A stretch of DNA of 64,000 nt from Candidatus Limnocylindria bacterium (GTDB taxonomy: Bacteria > Eisenbacteria > RBG-16-71-46): the NCBI GenBank assembly GCA_035632955.1, contig DASQFU010000008.1, positions 102-64,101 of the forward strand, in the 5' to 3' direction. Below are positions 46,577-55,994 of this stretch, piece after piece. Within the stretch, counting starts at the first letter, position 1. Each line of letters opens with the position of its first letter. The notes beneath the pieces are model-generated. The model searched no databases. It was not told the origin of the DNA and saw nothing but the letters and a program-made list of their open reading frames with translations. A program made the translations under genes and the position numbers.

Positions 46577-49465
46577 TCAACTGGCGACTTCGACGTCCCG
46601 GAAGTCGAGCCACCGGGCGCGCTTCGTATAGAGCTCCGCGTCCTGCTCGGCGAGCGCCTGGTAGCGACGGCGATGGCATGTCATCAGGATGACCTGATGT
46701 TCGCGCGTGAAGTGCTCGATCAGCAGGCGCATGCCACCGCGCGCCCGGTCGTCGTCGCTGGTCACGAACGGATCGTCGAGCAGCAACGGCACCGCCGGCT
46801 GTCCCCGTGACAGGAACTCCGCGATCGCGAGCCGCACGGTCAGATAGAGCTGGTCGCGCGCACCGGCGGAAAGCTGATGGTCCGCCTTGGGGCGTGGCAG
46901 GTTCTGCCCGCTCCACAAGCGCACCGAGAAGTCGAGATCCTCGCCGAAGCGCATCTGCTCGATGCGGGTCCCGAAGGCGCCCAGAAGCTGTGCGACCCGA
47001 TGGTTCAAATAGTCGGCCCATCTGCGATGAGTCTCCGTCGCGACCTTCTGAATCGTTTCCCGCGCCAGATCCACCGAGTGCTTGAATCGGCGCGTTCGCT
47101 CCAGCGCCTGCTCGATCCGCTCCTTCTCGATCGTCTTCTGCGGATGCTCGGTGTGGTAGCGGCGCCAGATCTCCTCGACCTTGATGCGCAGATCCTCGCG
47201 CAACTGCTGCGTTTCTTCCAGTCGGCCACGCCACTTGCGGATGTCCGCCTCAATATCGCCCGCCGGACGGCCGCGCGGCGCCTCGTCGCTTTGGCCGAGC
47301 TCCGATTCGATCTCCTGGAGCCGGTTCTCGAGCTCGCGGCGCGCGCGGTCCGCGAGCAGCGAGCGCTCCGTCTGCGGGATCAGCTCGTCGGTCAGCAGCG
47401 AGTAGCGGGCCCGGCCACGCGCGCGCTCGGCGAGATCGTTGGCATGCTCGGCCCACGAGCGTTCCGGGTCGTGCGCGAGTCCAGCCGACTGCAGAGCGCG
47501 GCTCGCGCGCTCCATGAGCCCGTTCGCCAGCGCCTCGGCGACGCGCTTCTCTTCGTCGATCCATGACCAGCTCTTCTCGAGCTCGGCGAGCTTTTGCTTC
47601 AGACCCAACGCCGTGCGGACGTTGGCCGCGACCGCGTCGAGCCCCGCGGGATCGGCCGCTCCGCCGCCGATCTTGTCCAGGAGCTGGCGCGCCTGACCGG
47701 CGACGTTTCGCCGCCGATCGTCGAGGGCAACGATCTGATCCTGCGCGTGCAGCACGGGTGAGCTTTCTTCCATCAGCCGCGTGTACTCGCTCCACTCGCG
47801 CAGCAGCTCGACCTGGTCGCGATAGTTCATGCGGAGCGCGAGCTCGGCGAGCCCGACCTCGGTCTCCGCGCGCTTCATGCGGAGCTGGTTCAGGCGCGCC
47901 TGGGCGTCGGCGAGCTGGTGCAGCGCCTCTGTGCGGAACGACGCCTGGAGCCGCCCGCCCGCGACCAGCACGACGACCCCGATCACCCCCAGCGCTCCAC
48001 CCGCCGCCAGCAACGTCGGCGCGAGCGCACCGCTGATCTGGAAACTGAACAGCGTGCCGCCGGTGACGGCGCTGGCCAGGCCCAGCGTCAACACCAGCCA
48101 GCCCGGCATGCGCCAGTGCGTGCGCGACGCGTCGATCGCGCGCAACGCCTCGCTGCCCTCGGTGCGCAGTTGCTCGAGCAGCGCGACCTCGGTCTGGAAC
48201 GCGATCGTCACCTCCGCTTGCGTGCGCAGCAGGTGCTGCTCGTCATCGTCGAGCTTGCCGAACCGTCCGGTGAGGAACTGGATCCGCTCCGGCTCGTGGC
48301 CATGCCTGGCGAGCGTCTCGCGCAGGCTGAACACGTTGTCGCGCACCACGCGATCTTCCTCGGTCACGCGGCGCAGCTCGGCGGCCAGCGCGATCGCGCG
48401 ATCGGCGTCGGCGTCGGTGCCCTTCGCGGCGCCCGGCAGCTTCTCGAGGTCGATCAGGATCGTGCCGCGGTCGCGCGCGATCTGCTCGCGGCGCCGGTCT
48501 TCCAACCCTTGCAGGTTCCGCTGCGCGATCTCGAGCCGGGCGACCGTGTCGCGGAAGTCGGATTCGGCGTTGGCCGGCAAGTCCGCGGCCGCGGCCAGCC
48601 CCTTCGCTTCGGCTCGCATGCGTTCGACTTCCTTGCGGCGCGTGGTGTCCTCGTCGAGTCGCGAGCGCACGTCGGCCGCGAGCGATCCACGCCGCTCGTT
48701 CTCCAATCGGTTGAGTTCCGCACGCGCCTCCGCGGCCTGCTCGGTGCGTTGCGCGAGCTGCTCGAGTGGCCCCGCGATGCTCGCGAAGTCGTGTTCGAGC
48801 GCCTTCATCTCGGTTTCGAGGATGCCTCGCTTGGCCTCCAGCCGTTGCATCGCCACTTCCACCGTGCCGGTGAACTCGACCTCGACCGAGTTGTAGCGTC
48901 GCAACGCCTGCTCCAGCACGCGCAACGACTCGCTCGCGTTGGTGTCGCCGAGGCGAGTGTCGGCGGCGTTCTCGAGTCGGGAGCGCAGCGTCGACGCGCG
49001 CCGCTCCTTCTCGTCGGTCGGCACGACTTCCTCGAGCTCGCCCTGGCCGACGTGCGCGCACTTGTTGAACTCGTCGCCGTCCAGGCCCAAGAGCTTCTTG
49101 CCGACCGGGAAGTCGTCCTTTCCTTCGCGGAAGTCCGTCGTCACTTCCTGGCCGCGGCCGTTGCGGATCTCCACCGTGCCGCGATCGAAGTCGCGCGCGA
49201 TGGTGTAGCGCTCGGTCCCGCATTCGACTTCGAGCACCAGGCGATAGGTGCCGCCGTTCCACGGACGCCAGCGCTCGAGCGGCGTCAGCAGACGGTGATT
49301 GCGCTTGTCGCTCGCGAGCCCGTAGAGGCCGGCGTTCACCGCCGCCAGCAGCGTCGATTTGCCGCGCTCGTTGTCGCCGACGATGATCGTCGCGCGCTCG
49401 GAATCGAACGTGAACTCGCCCTTTAACGCTCCGAACCCGTCGGCGCGCAATCGCAGGAGCTTCAT
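46577..49465 (-). CDS. SbcC/Rad50-like AAA ATPase of the YhaN (SbcE) type, with a TM hairpin inside the coiled coil
   Basis: 962 aa. It has Walker A GDNERGKST, long coiled coils, two hydrophobic helices at aa ~454-504 (nt 47954-48106), the ABC signature QLSAGARDQLYL and Walker B PLLLDDPF. Confidence 0.85.
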   Translation of the reverse strand: MKLLRLRADGFGALKGEFTFDSERATIIVGDNERGKSTLLAAVNAGLYGLASDKRNHRLLTPLERWRPWNGGTYRLVLEVECGTERYTIARDFDRGTVEIRNGRGQEVTTDFREGKDDFPVGKKLLGLDGDEFNKCAHVGQGELEEVVPTDEKERRASTLRSRLENAADTRLGDTNASESLRVLEQALRRYNSVEVEFTGTVEVAMQRLEAKRGILETEMKALEHDFASIAGPLEQLAQRTEQAAEARAELNRLENERRGSLAADVRSRLDEDTTRRKEVERMRAEAKGLAAAADLPANAESDFRDTVARLEIAQRNLQGLEDRRREQIARDRGTILIDLEKLPGAAKGTDADADRAIALAAELRRVTEEDRVVRDNVFSLRETLARHGHEPERIQFLTGRFGKLDDDEQHLLRTQAEVTIAFQTEVALLEQLRTEGSEALRAIDASRTHWRMPGWLVLTLGLASAVTGGTLFSFQISGALAPTLLAAGGALGVIGVVVLVAGGRLQASFRTEALHQLADAQARLNQLRMKRAETEVGLAELALRMNYRDQVELLREWSEYTRLMEESSPVLHAQDQIVALDDRRRNVAGQARQLLDKIGGGAADPAGLDAVAANVRTALGLKQKLAELEKSWSWIDEEKRVAEALANGLMERASRALQSAGLAHDPERSWAEHANDLAERARGRARYSLLTDELIPQTERSLLADRARRELENRLQEIESELGQSDEAPRGRPAGDIEADIRKWRGRLEETQQLREDLRIKVEEIWRRYHTEHPQKTIEKERIEQALERTRRFKHSVDLARETIQKVATETHRRWADYLNHRVAQLLGAFGTRIEQMRFGEDLDFSVRLWSGQNLPRPKADHQLSAGARDQLYLTVRLAIAEFLSRGQPAVPLLLDDPFVTSDDDRARGGMRLLIEHFTREHQVILMTCHRRRYQALAEQDAELYTKRARWLDFRDVEVAS

Positions 49466-49484
49466 CGGCGCCGACTCGCGGGCG

Positions 49485-50714
49485 TCATTCCCCGAGCTCC
49501 TCGTAGGCGGGCACGACTTCGCGCAGCCGGAATGCGTCGAGCCCGTAGTAGAGGGCGCTCTCGATCAAGCCGCGCTGGACCGGATCGTCTTCGCGGTCGA
49601 GCAGATCGAGCAGCGTGCAGGCGAAGCGATCCTCCGTGGTCGCCGCCGCCTCGCGACGGTACACGTCGAGGTCGTACTCCGGGCGCACCAGGCGCGGATC
49701 GATGCGCAGATGGAACACGCGCGATTCGAGCTCGGGCGAGCGCGCGATGCGCACGCCGCGCGCCAGCCGGCCGCGCAGCCGCACCCGCACCATATCCTCC
49801 TCACCGACGCCGGCATTTTCCAGGGCCTTCTGCACGCGCCGGTCCACCTGCTCGGCGCTCGGCGCGCTGGTGACGTCGACGGTCAGATCGAACACGCGAT
49901 GCGGGTCGAGCTGCACGAACTCGACCTCCACCCACGGCAATCGGTAACCGTATTCGATCCGCACTTCGAGTGCGCCATGCAGCCCGTTTTCGCTGACGTC
50001 CAGCGCCGCGGCCGAACCGGCATAGGCGAGCCGAACGCCGGCCGAGCTGCCTTCACTGGCGACGACCCGGGAGCCGGCGTGGTAGTGGCCGGCCGCGAGG
50101 TACGCGAACGGCGCGTTCAGAACTTCCTGGTCGGAGAAGGGCGCGGTGATCTTCTGCCCCGGCGGACACTGTTCTTCGCGTGAGCCGTGGAAAACGGCGA
50201 CGTCGAACCCGGAAGCGGCCGCGGGGGTGATGCTCGCCATCGCCTCGCGCGCGAGCGGGCGCTCGAGCGACTCGATGCGAGCCGTGAAGCACCGGCCCCA
50301 GATCCGCACGTGCGGATGCTCGGGGAGCGGCACACTGGTCCACTGCGCGCTGGTGAACACGTGGACGTGCGCGGGCCAGGCCGATCCGCGCGCCGCGAGC
50401 AGGCGGCGATCCCAGTAGGCGCTGGTGGTCGAGAACGGGTCGTGATTGCCGGGCGCGATGAACACCGGCGGGCAGCCGGTGGTGTTGAACACACCGAGCG
50501 CGAACGCGAGCGTGTCGGCATCGACGCCTTCGAGATCGAACAGGTCGCCCGGGATCAGGATCGCGTCGACGCCGCGCTCGATCGCCTCGCGCACCACGCC
50601 CTCGAGGACGCGGCGCTGGCTGCGCCGGCGTAGGTCGCGTTTCTCGGGAGGCAGCCACCCAAACGGTCTACCGAGATGGAGATCCGAGACCTGTAGGAAA
50701 CGTGCCAAAGCCAT
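49485..50714 (-). CDS. Metallophosphoesterase, SbcD/Mre11-like (YhaO/SbcF type)
   Basis: 409 aa. It has the calcineurin-like motifs VSDLHLG, IPGDLFD and APGNHD. It lies 19 nt upstream of the ATPase gene on the same strand. Confidence 0.85.
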   Translation of the reverse strand: MALARFLQVSDLHLGRPFGWLPPEKRDLRRRSQRRVLEGVVREAIERGVDAILIPGDLFDLEGVDADTLAFALGVFNTTGCPPVFIAPGNHDPFSTTSAYWDRRLLAARGSAWPAHVHVFTSAQWTSVPLPEHPHVRIWGRCFTARIESLERPLAREAMASITPAAASGFDVAVFHGSREEQCPPGQKITAPFSDQEVLNAPFAYLAAGHYHAGSRVVASEGSSAGVRLAYAGSAAALDVSENGLHGALEVRIEYGYRLPWVEVEFVQLDPHRVFDLTVDVTSAPSAEQVDRRVQKALENAGVGEEDMVRVRLRGRLARGVRIARSPELESRVFHLRIDPRLVRPEYDLDVYRREAAATTEDRFACTLLDLLDREDDPVQRGLIESALYYGLDAFRLREVVPAYEELGE

Positions 50715-50829
50715 GGCGAGGTGCTATCTCCGCTCCGTGGAAAGGCTGCGTGCGACTCGGATCGAGCGGGCGCACGGCCGCACCGCAAAATAGCAGGAAG
50801 GTCGGGAGGCGGCAACGCGTTGAACGCGA

Positions 50830-51567
50830 ATGCGGCTCTCGCCTAACATCGCGACTGGCTCCGCCATGGCCCCTCCTCCATTGACTCCTCCTTCATTTCG
50901 CCCGAAAGCGCTCGGCACGCCGCGCGTCGATTCGAAGGCGCGGTCTCCGTGGCCGCTCCTGCCCACGCTCGGCTTCCTCGCCGTCTTGTTTCTGCTCGCG
51001 GTCGCGGCCGCGCTCTCGATCGTCGCCCCGACACCGATCCTCACCGGCCTTCCCGATGATCCCGACGCCCACAAGGCGCGTGCGGCGCTCGCCGGTCGCT
51101 CGATCGTGCACACCGGATCACTCGAGTTTCGCTCCGCGCTCGGCGGCGCGACTGAAGACGGAACTCTGGCCACCGCCGATCGTGCAGCGGTGACGACGGC
51201 CGAAGCTTCTTTGTTGCGGGCCACGAAGCGTCACCCGCGCGATCCGCGCATCGTGAACGCGCTCGCGCATCTCGATCTCGCCGCCGGAAGGCTCGACCGT
51301 GCGGAGCGGCGCTACCGAGCGGCGCTCGACTTGGCACCGACGTACGGGGAAGCGCGGCTCGGCCTCGGAGTCGCGTTGGCGCTCCAGGCAGAAACCCTCG
51401 ACGACCCCGCGCGCTACCGGGGGCTGCGTCTGCAAGCGATTGCGCAGTTCGCGGCCGTGCCCGAGGCCGACCCGCAGTATCCGCTCGCGCTCGGGAATCG
51501 CGTGCGGATGCTGCGGGAGGTCGGTCGCGCGCGCGAAGCTGAGCGCCTGCTGGCCCGCTCGCGCTAG
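50830..51567 (+). CDS. Membrane-anchored TPR-repeat protein
   Basis: 245 aa. One TM helix (LLPTLGFLAVLFLLAVAAALSIV) is followed by TPR-like repeats (RAERRYRAALDLAPTYGEARLGLGVAL). The start could be 50830 or 50866. Confidence 0.6.
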   Translation: MRLSPNIATGSAMAPPPLTPPSFRPKALGTPRVDSKARSPWPLLPTLGFLAVLFLLAVAAALSIVAPTPILTGLPDDPDAHKARAALAGRSIVHTGSLEFRSALGGATEDGTLATADRAAVTTAEASLLRATKRHPRDPRIVNALAHLDLAAGRLDRAERRYRAALDLAPTYGEARLGLGVALALQAETLDDPARYRGLRLQAIAQFAAVPEADPQYPLALGNRVRMLREVGRAREAERLLARSR

Positions 51568-51711
51568 CGCGCCAGGCGCGCGACGCTCGTGCCGTGTCGC
51601 TGACTGGTCGGCGGTCGTGGAGCTGGAGGGGCTGGCCATGGTCCCCAGGTTATCGGCCGCTGAGATCTCGAACGTTCGCTCCTTTTGCCGGACGACGGCG
51701 CCCAGTTGGAA

Positions 51712-53580
51712 CTACCTCTCTGGCGTAACCGCCTCCGCCCGTTCGATCGCTCTCAGAATGCTCCGGCCGTCCTGATTGCGCGGGTCGATGGCGAGGGCGC
51801 GCTCGACGGCGCGTCGGCCCTCATCATATTGGCGGAGTCGGGTCGACGCGGCGGCGAGCCCGAGCCACGCGGCGAGCTGGGTCGAGTCCTTCTCGGTCAC
51901 GCGCCGGAACGCCTGCTGCGCCCCCGCGTGATTGCCGGCCGCCGATTCGAGAATCCCCCACAGGAGCAGGATCCGCGGGCTGGGTGCGGTCTCGGCCGCG
52001 CGGCCGAACGCTCGAGCGGCGTCCGCGAAGCGCCCGAGTCCCTCGTTGCGCTGACCGATGTAGTCGAAGGTGGCGGCGCGCTCTTCCGGACTGCGCGGCG
52101 GCGGCTCGCTCATCAAGGCCTCCGCGCGCCGGAGCCCGAAATCGACGTTCGTGTGGTGCACGAGCCACTGCACGGTCGGCATCGCCGCACCGAGCACCAC
52201 CCCCGCGGCGACCCACGCACGCACCGGCGCCGCTCGCAGCGCTTCACCGATCAGCCACGCGGTGAGCAGCGAGAGCGTCACGCCGAGCGCCGCGAAGTCG
52301 TCCCAATCGCGGACCAGCCCTCCGACCGGATGGATGAACGGCATCGTCGCGAGCATCGGCAACGCGAGCGCCAAGAGCGTCCAGAACTCCCGCCGGCGCG
52401 CCGGAGCCCGTCCGAGCGCGACGATCAGCAGCGGCGCGGCGAGCGCCAGCGGCGACAGCATCGCGATCAGGCTCAGGAGATCGTAGGGGCGGGCGCCCGC
52501 GAATGCCGCCGGCAGCACCCCGCCCGCGCGCGTCACCGCCGCGGGCGCGAAATGGACGGCGTCGAAACGGCGCACCACTGCGACGATCTTCGGGATCATG
52601 ACCGCGAGCGTCGCGACGGGCACGAGCGCGGCCGCGAGCACGTCCGGCCTCCGCCACGCTCCCTGGCGCCCGTGGCTTCCGAGCCAGAACGCCCATGCAA
52701 GCATGACGGCCGGCACGAACGCGAGCGCCGAGCGGTGAAGCGTGACGCCGGCCGCGAGACAGACCCCGAGCGGCAACAGGCCACGGCCGGTGCGCACGGC
52801 CTCGACCCCGAACACGCCGATGCCGGCCGCGATCACACACATCTCTGCGAACGCTTTGCCGAAGCCCGTGAACATTCCGAGATAGCCACCGAACAGCACG
52901 ACCGTCGTGGCGGCGGTGGCCGGGGCGCCGTTCAACCCGTTCACGCGCGCGAAGCGGAGCGCCAGCCAGGCGAAGCACGCCGCTTCGAACGCCCCCAAGA
53001 GCCGCGCGGTGCCGTTGGCGTCGGCCCAGCCGAGATCGGCCATGGCGCGCGGCAATCGGTAGTGCAGCAAGACGTCCAGCGGCAGCGCCTGCGGGAACAG
53101 CGTGCTCGGGGGCAACGCCTCATCGGCCGTCCCTTGCCGGAGTAGGAAGTCGCCGACGAAACGCACCTGATCCGGCAGCAGCAGCACCAGACCCACCATC
53201 ACTGCGATCGCGAGCGCTCCGGCTGCCAGCGGCGTGCGCGCGATCCAATCGCCGAAGCGCGCGAGCGGCGGCACGAGGCGCCGCGCGATCGGCGGCGCCA
53301 GCGCCAGCGCGGCCAGCGCCCACAGGAGCCACGCCCAAGGGGGCAGGAAGCGCTGCAGATTGAACGCCCAACCGGTCATCGCCGGCACCAAGGTCAGCAG
53401 CGCACGCGCGATCGCTAAAACGACCAGAGCCATCCACAGCACGAGCGCCGCGCGCTCGCCGGACGCCGATCCTGCGGGCGGAGCGTGCGCCGAGCTGGGG
53501 GTACCGACGGAAGAGCGGCCCTCGACTCCGTGGCGCGGCGCGCCGGTCGGGCCGCGACGTTCAGGGCGTCGCTTCGACAT
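51712..53580 (-). CDS. Polytopic membrane protein with C-terminal TPR repeats (function unknown)
   Basis: ORF 51712..54099 trimmed to ATG 53580 (MSKRRPERRG). At least 10 predicted TM helices are followed by TPR-like repeats (FGRAAETAPSPRILLLWGILESAAGNHAGAQQAFRRV). The start is uncertain; ATG 53433 is an alternative. Confidence 0.7.
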   Translation of the reverse strand: MSKRRPERRGPTGAPRHGVEGRSSVGTPSSAHAPPAGSASGERAALVLWMALVVLAIARALLTLVPAMTGWAFNLQRFLPPWAWLLWALAALALAPPIARRLVPPLARFGDWIARTPLAAGALAIAVMVGLVLLLPDQVRFVGDFLLRQGTADEALPPSTLFPQALPLDVLLHYRLPRAMADLGWADANGTARLLGAFEAACFAWLALRFARVNGLNGAPATAATTVVLFGGYLGMFTGFGKAFAEMCVIAAGIGVFGVEAVRTGRGLLPLGVCLAAGVTLHRSALAFVPAVMLAWAFWLGSHGRQGAWRRPDVLAAALVPVATLAVMIPKIVAVVRRFDAVHFAPAAVTRAGGVLPAAFAGARPYDLLSLIAMLSPLALAAPLLIVALGRAPARRREFWTLLALALPMLATMPFIHPVGGLVRDWDDFAALGVTLSLLTAWLIGEALRAAPVRAWVAAGVVLGAAMPTVQWLVHHTNVDFGLRRAEALMSEPPPRSPEERAATFDYIGQRNEGLGRFADAARAFGRAAETAPSPRILLLWGILESAAGNHAGAQQAFRRVTEKDSTQLAAWLGLAAASTRLRQYDEGRRAVERALAIDPRNQDGRSILRAIERAEAVTPER

Positions 53581-55993
53581 CGCACCAGTAGTAGATCGCT
53601 CCCGGCTCCGGCAGGCGCAAAGGCGAGCGCCGAGATTCGCGGAGCGCGGAGCCGACGAGGCGCTGGAAGAACGACGGCTCGGGGCGACCGAAGCGCAGCA
53701 GTCGAATCTTCTCGCCCGCGGGAATGCCGGCGCGCCGGCGCGCCTCGGCCACCGCTTGCTCGAGCCCGCCGATCTCGTCGACCAGGCCGCGCGCGAGCGC
53801 GTCGTCGCCCATCCACACCCGACCCTTCGCGACGGAATCGACCTCGGCCTCCGACCGCGCGCGTCCCGCGGCGACCTTCGATACGAAACGCCGATAGGCG
53901 TGCCACGTGGCGGAATCGGCACTCGCTTGCAGCGCGCGATCCCAGTCCTCGCCCAGCGACCAGCCGCGCATCGAGCGGCCGCGCTCGAATGCGTCCTGGC
54001 GCACGTCGTGGCGCGCGTAGAACTTCTCGAGCGACGGCTTGAGGAACACGACGCCGATCGAGCCGGTGTAGGTCGCGCGGTTCGCGTAGATGCGATCACC
54101 GGCGACCGCGAGCAAGTAGCCGCCGCTCGCGGCCACGCGTCCCATCGAGACGATCAACGGCTTCTCGTGCTCGCGCTTGAGGCGCTCCGCCGCGCGGTGC
54201 ATGAGGCTGGCGGCGACGGCCGCACCCCCACCGCTCTCGATCCGCAGCACCACCACCTTCACGTCCGGATCCTCGAACGCATCCTCGAGCTGGCGCGCCA
54301 AGGTCTCAGAACCGAGCGTCGGGTCGGAGAACCAGCCGCCCTCGGAGCGCCCCGTCTCCATGTCGCCGCTCGCGTAGACGATCGCGATCGGCGCAGCAAC
54401 CGTCCACGCGCGCTGCGCCTCGGCGACCTCGGACAGCCGGACCGTACGTGGCTTGTCCCCGAGGCCCGTCAGCTCGCCGAGGATTCTCAGCGCGTCTGCG
54501 CGATCGCCGATCGAATCGACGAGCCCGGCGCTCTGCACGTCGATGACGCGCCAGTGACGGCCGTCGAGGAGCTCGAGCAGGCGCTCGCGTGGCATCCGGC
54601 GGTCGGTGGCGACGGTGGAAACGAACTGCTCCTGCACGACGTCGAGGATTCGCTCGATCTCCTCGCGCTCGGCGGCGTTGGTCGAGTCGGTGCTGAGGTT
54701 CGCGTAGAACGACTTGTAGGGACCGTAGGCGGTGCGGTCCATGCGCACGCCCAGCTCGTCCAGGAGCTTGCGGTAGTAGCGACGCTCCACGCGCAGCCCG
54801 AGCGCGTGGAACACCGCTTCCTCCGACGCGACGATCCGATCGCATGCCGACGCCAGATACAGATCGCCGCGGCGAGCGCCGTATGGGAAGTACGCGACCA
54901 CCGGCTTTCCCGCGTCCCGGAGGCGCCGGATGCGCGGCTTCAGTTCCTCGAGCTGCGAGAGATTGATGACGCCTTCGAGCTGGAGCAGGACGCCGTGCGT
55001 CAGCCGATCGTCGAGCGCACGCTCCAGAAACTCGTGGATCGGCCCCGCGGCGACCGTGCCCCCCTCGCCGAGCAGCGAGCCCGGCGTGCTCTCGTCACCG
55101 AGCGTTCCACCCAGCCGCAGCACCGCGACCCGCCGCTCCCCGCGACCCGTGAACGTAGTGCGGTCTTCGCCGTCGTGGAACGAGAGCGAGTGCGTCGTAT
55201 GGCGGCGGTCGCGATCGCGGTCGTACGCCGACTGACCGTGGTAGCCGGCGCGCGATCCCAGCAGCCCGACGCCGAGTTGCACGCCTCCTCGATCCTCGAT
55301 CGCCCCGCGGAGCACGAGGCCGGCCAACAGCTCCAGCTCGGCGCCGAAGCGGACGCGTGCGTCGTCCCGGCGTTGCCCTTCGCCGAGCCGTGCGTCGGCC
55401 GTGAGCGTGAAGCGCGTGCCGAGCGTGTGGGCACGGGCGCGGTCGAAGGCGAGTGGCCTGAGCCCGACGCCGAACGCGTACGTACGATCGAGCCGCTCGC
55501 CATCGAGACTCGGTTCGGCCACGTGCTCGGCGACCGCTCCCAGCGACAGCCAGGGCGTTGGGCGCGAAAGCGCGCCCAGGCTCAGGTCGAGCGCGCGGTC
55601 GCCGGTCGGCGCGCTGCGCGTCCAGGTGGTCGTCGCGCCAAGCCGGAGACGATCGTCACCGCCCGCGAGTCCGAGATGAACGCTCGTCGCATTGTCGTTT
55701 TGGTGCTGGAACCCGAAACCGAAACCCTGGAACGAGGCCAGCGCACGCGCGATCGTGCCGGTCGGTTCGAGCTCGGTCCAGGAGAGGATCAGCTCGGAGG
55801 GATAGCGGGGCCCGGCGCTCGCCGGATTGAAGAGAAAGCCGTTCGCCCCGTCCGCGGCGGCGGCGCTCTCGTGGCCATAGATCGGCTGCGCCGGCTCGGT
55901 GACCGCTGCGGCCGCAGCCCCGGCGCTGGAGATGAGTGTGAGCGCGAACGTCCCGCGCGAAAGTGCACGCGCGAACGTCGGTGCTCGGCTCAC
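53561..55993 (-). CDS. sppA: Signal peptide peptidase SppA, 67K type (tandem S49 domains) with an extra ~270-aa beta-rich N-terminal domain
   Basis: 810 aa with a GTG start. It has S49 motifs (RVAASGGYLLAVAGDRIYANRATYTGSIGV; LYLASACDRIVA). The N-terminal region has a signal peptide and porin-like alternating strands (GFGFGFQHQ...RFTLTADARL...VRFGAELELLAGLVLRGAI). Confidence 0.85.
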   Translation of the reverse strand: MSRAPTFARALSRGTFALTLISSAGAAAAAVTEPAQPIYGHESAAAADGANGFLFNPASAGPRYPSELILSWTELEPTGTIARALASFQGFGFGFQHQNDNATSVHLGLAGGDDRLRLGATTTWTRSAPTGDRALDLSLGALSRPTPWLSLGAVAEHVAEPSLDGERLDRTYAFGVGLRPLAFDRARAHTLGTRFTLTADARLGEGQRRDDARVRFGAELELLAGLVLRGAIEDRGGVQLGVGLLGSRAGYHGQSAYDRDRDRRHTTHSLSFHDGEDRTTFTGRGERRVAVLRLGGTLGDESTPGSLLGEGGTVAAGPIHEFLERALDDRLTHGVLLQLEGVINLSQLEELKPRIRRLRDAGKPVVAYFPYGARRGDLYLASACDRIVASEEAVFHALGLRVERRYYRKLLDELGVRMDRTAYGPYKSFYANLSTDSTNAAEREEIERILDVVQEQFVSTVATDRRMPRERLLELLDGRHWRVIDVQSAGLVDSIGDRADALRILGELTGLGDKPRTVRLSEVAEAQRAWTVAAPIAIVYASGDMETGRSEGGWFSDPTLGSETLARQLEDAFEDPDVKVVVLRIESGGGAAVAASLMHRAAERLKREHEKPLIVSMGRVAASGGYLLAVAGDRIYANRATYTGSIGVVFLKPSLEKFYARHDVRQDAFERGRSMRGWSLGEDWDRALQASADSATWHAYRRFVSKVAAGRARSEAEVDSVAKGRVWMGDDALARGLVDEIGGLEQAVAEARRRAGIPAGEKIRLLRFGRPEPSFFQRLVGSALRESRRSPLRLPEPGAIYYWCDVEATP

Positions 55994-55994
55994 G

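Noticed and set aside
46518-46679. Upstream ATG (46679) as the start of the M28 peptidase
   Set aside because: It would overlap the preceding ATPase gene by ~100 nt and would add an Arg-rich non-signal N-terminus. TTG 46517 gives a signal-like N-terminus directly after the upstream stop. The start therefore remains uncertain rather than extended.
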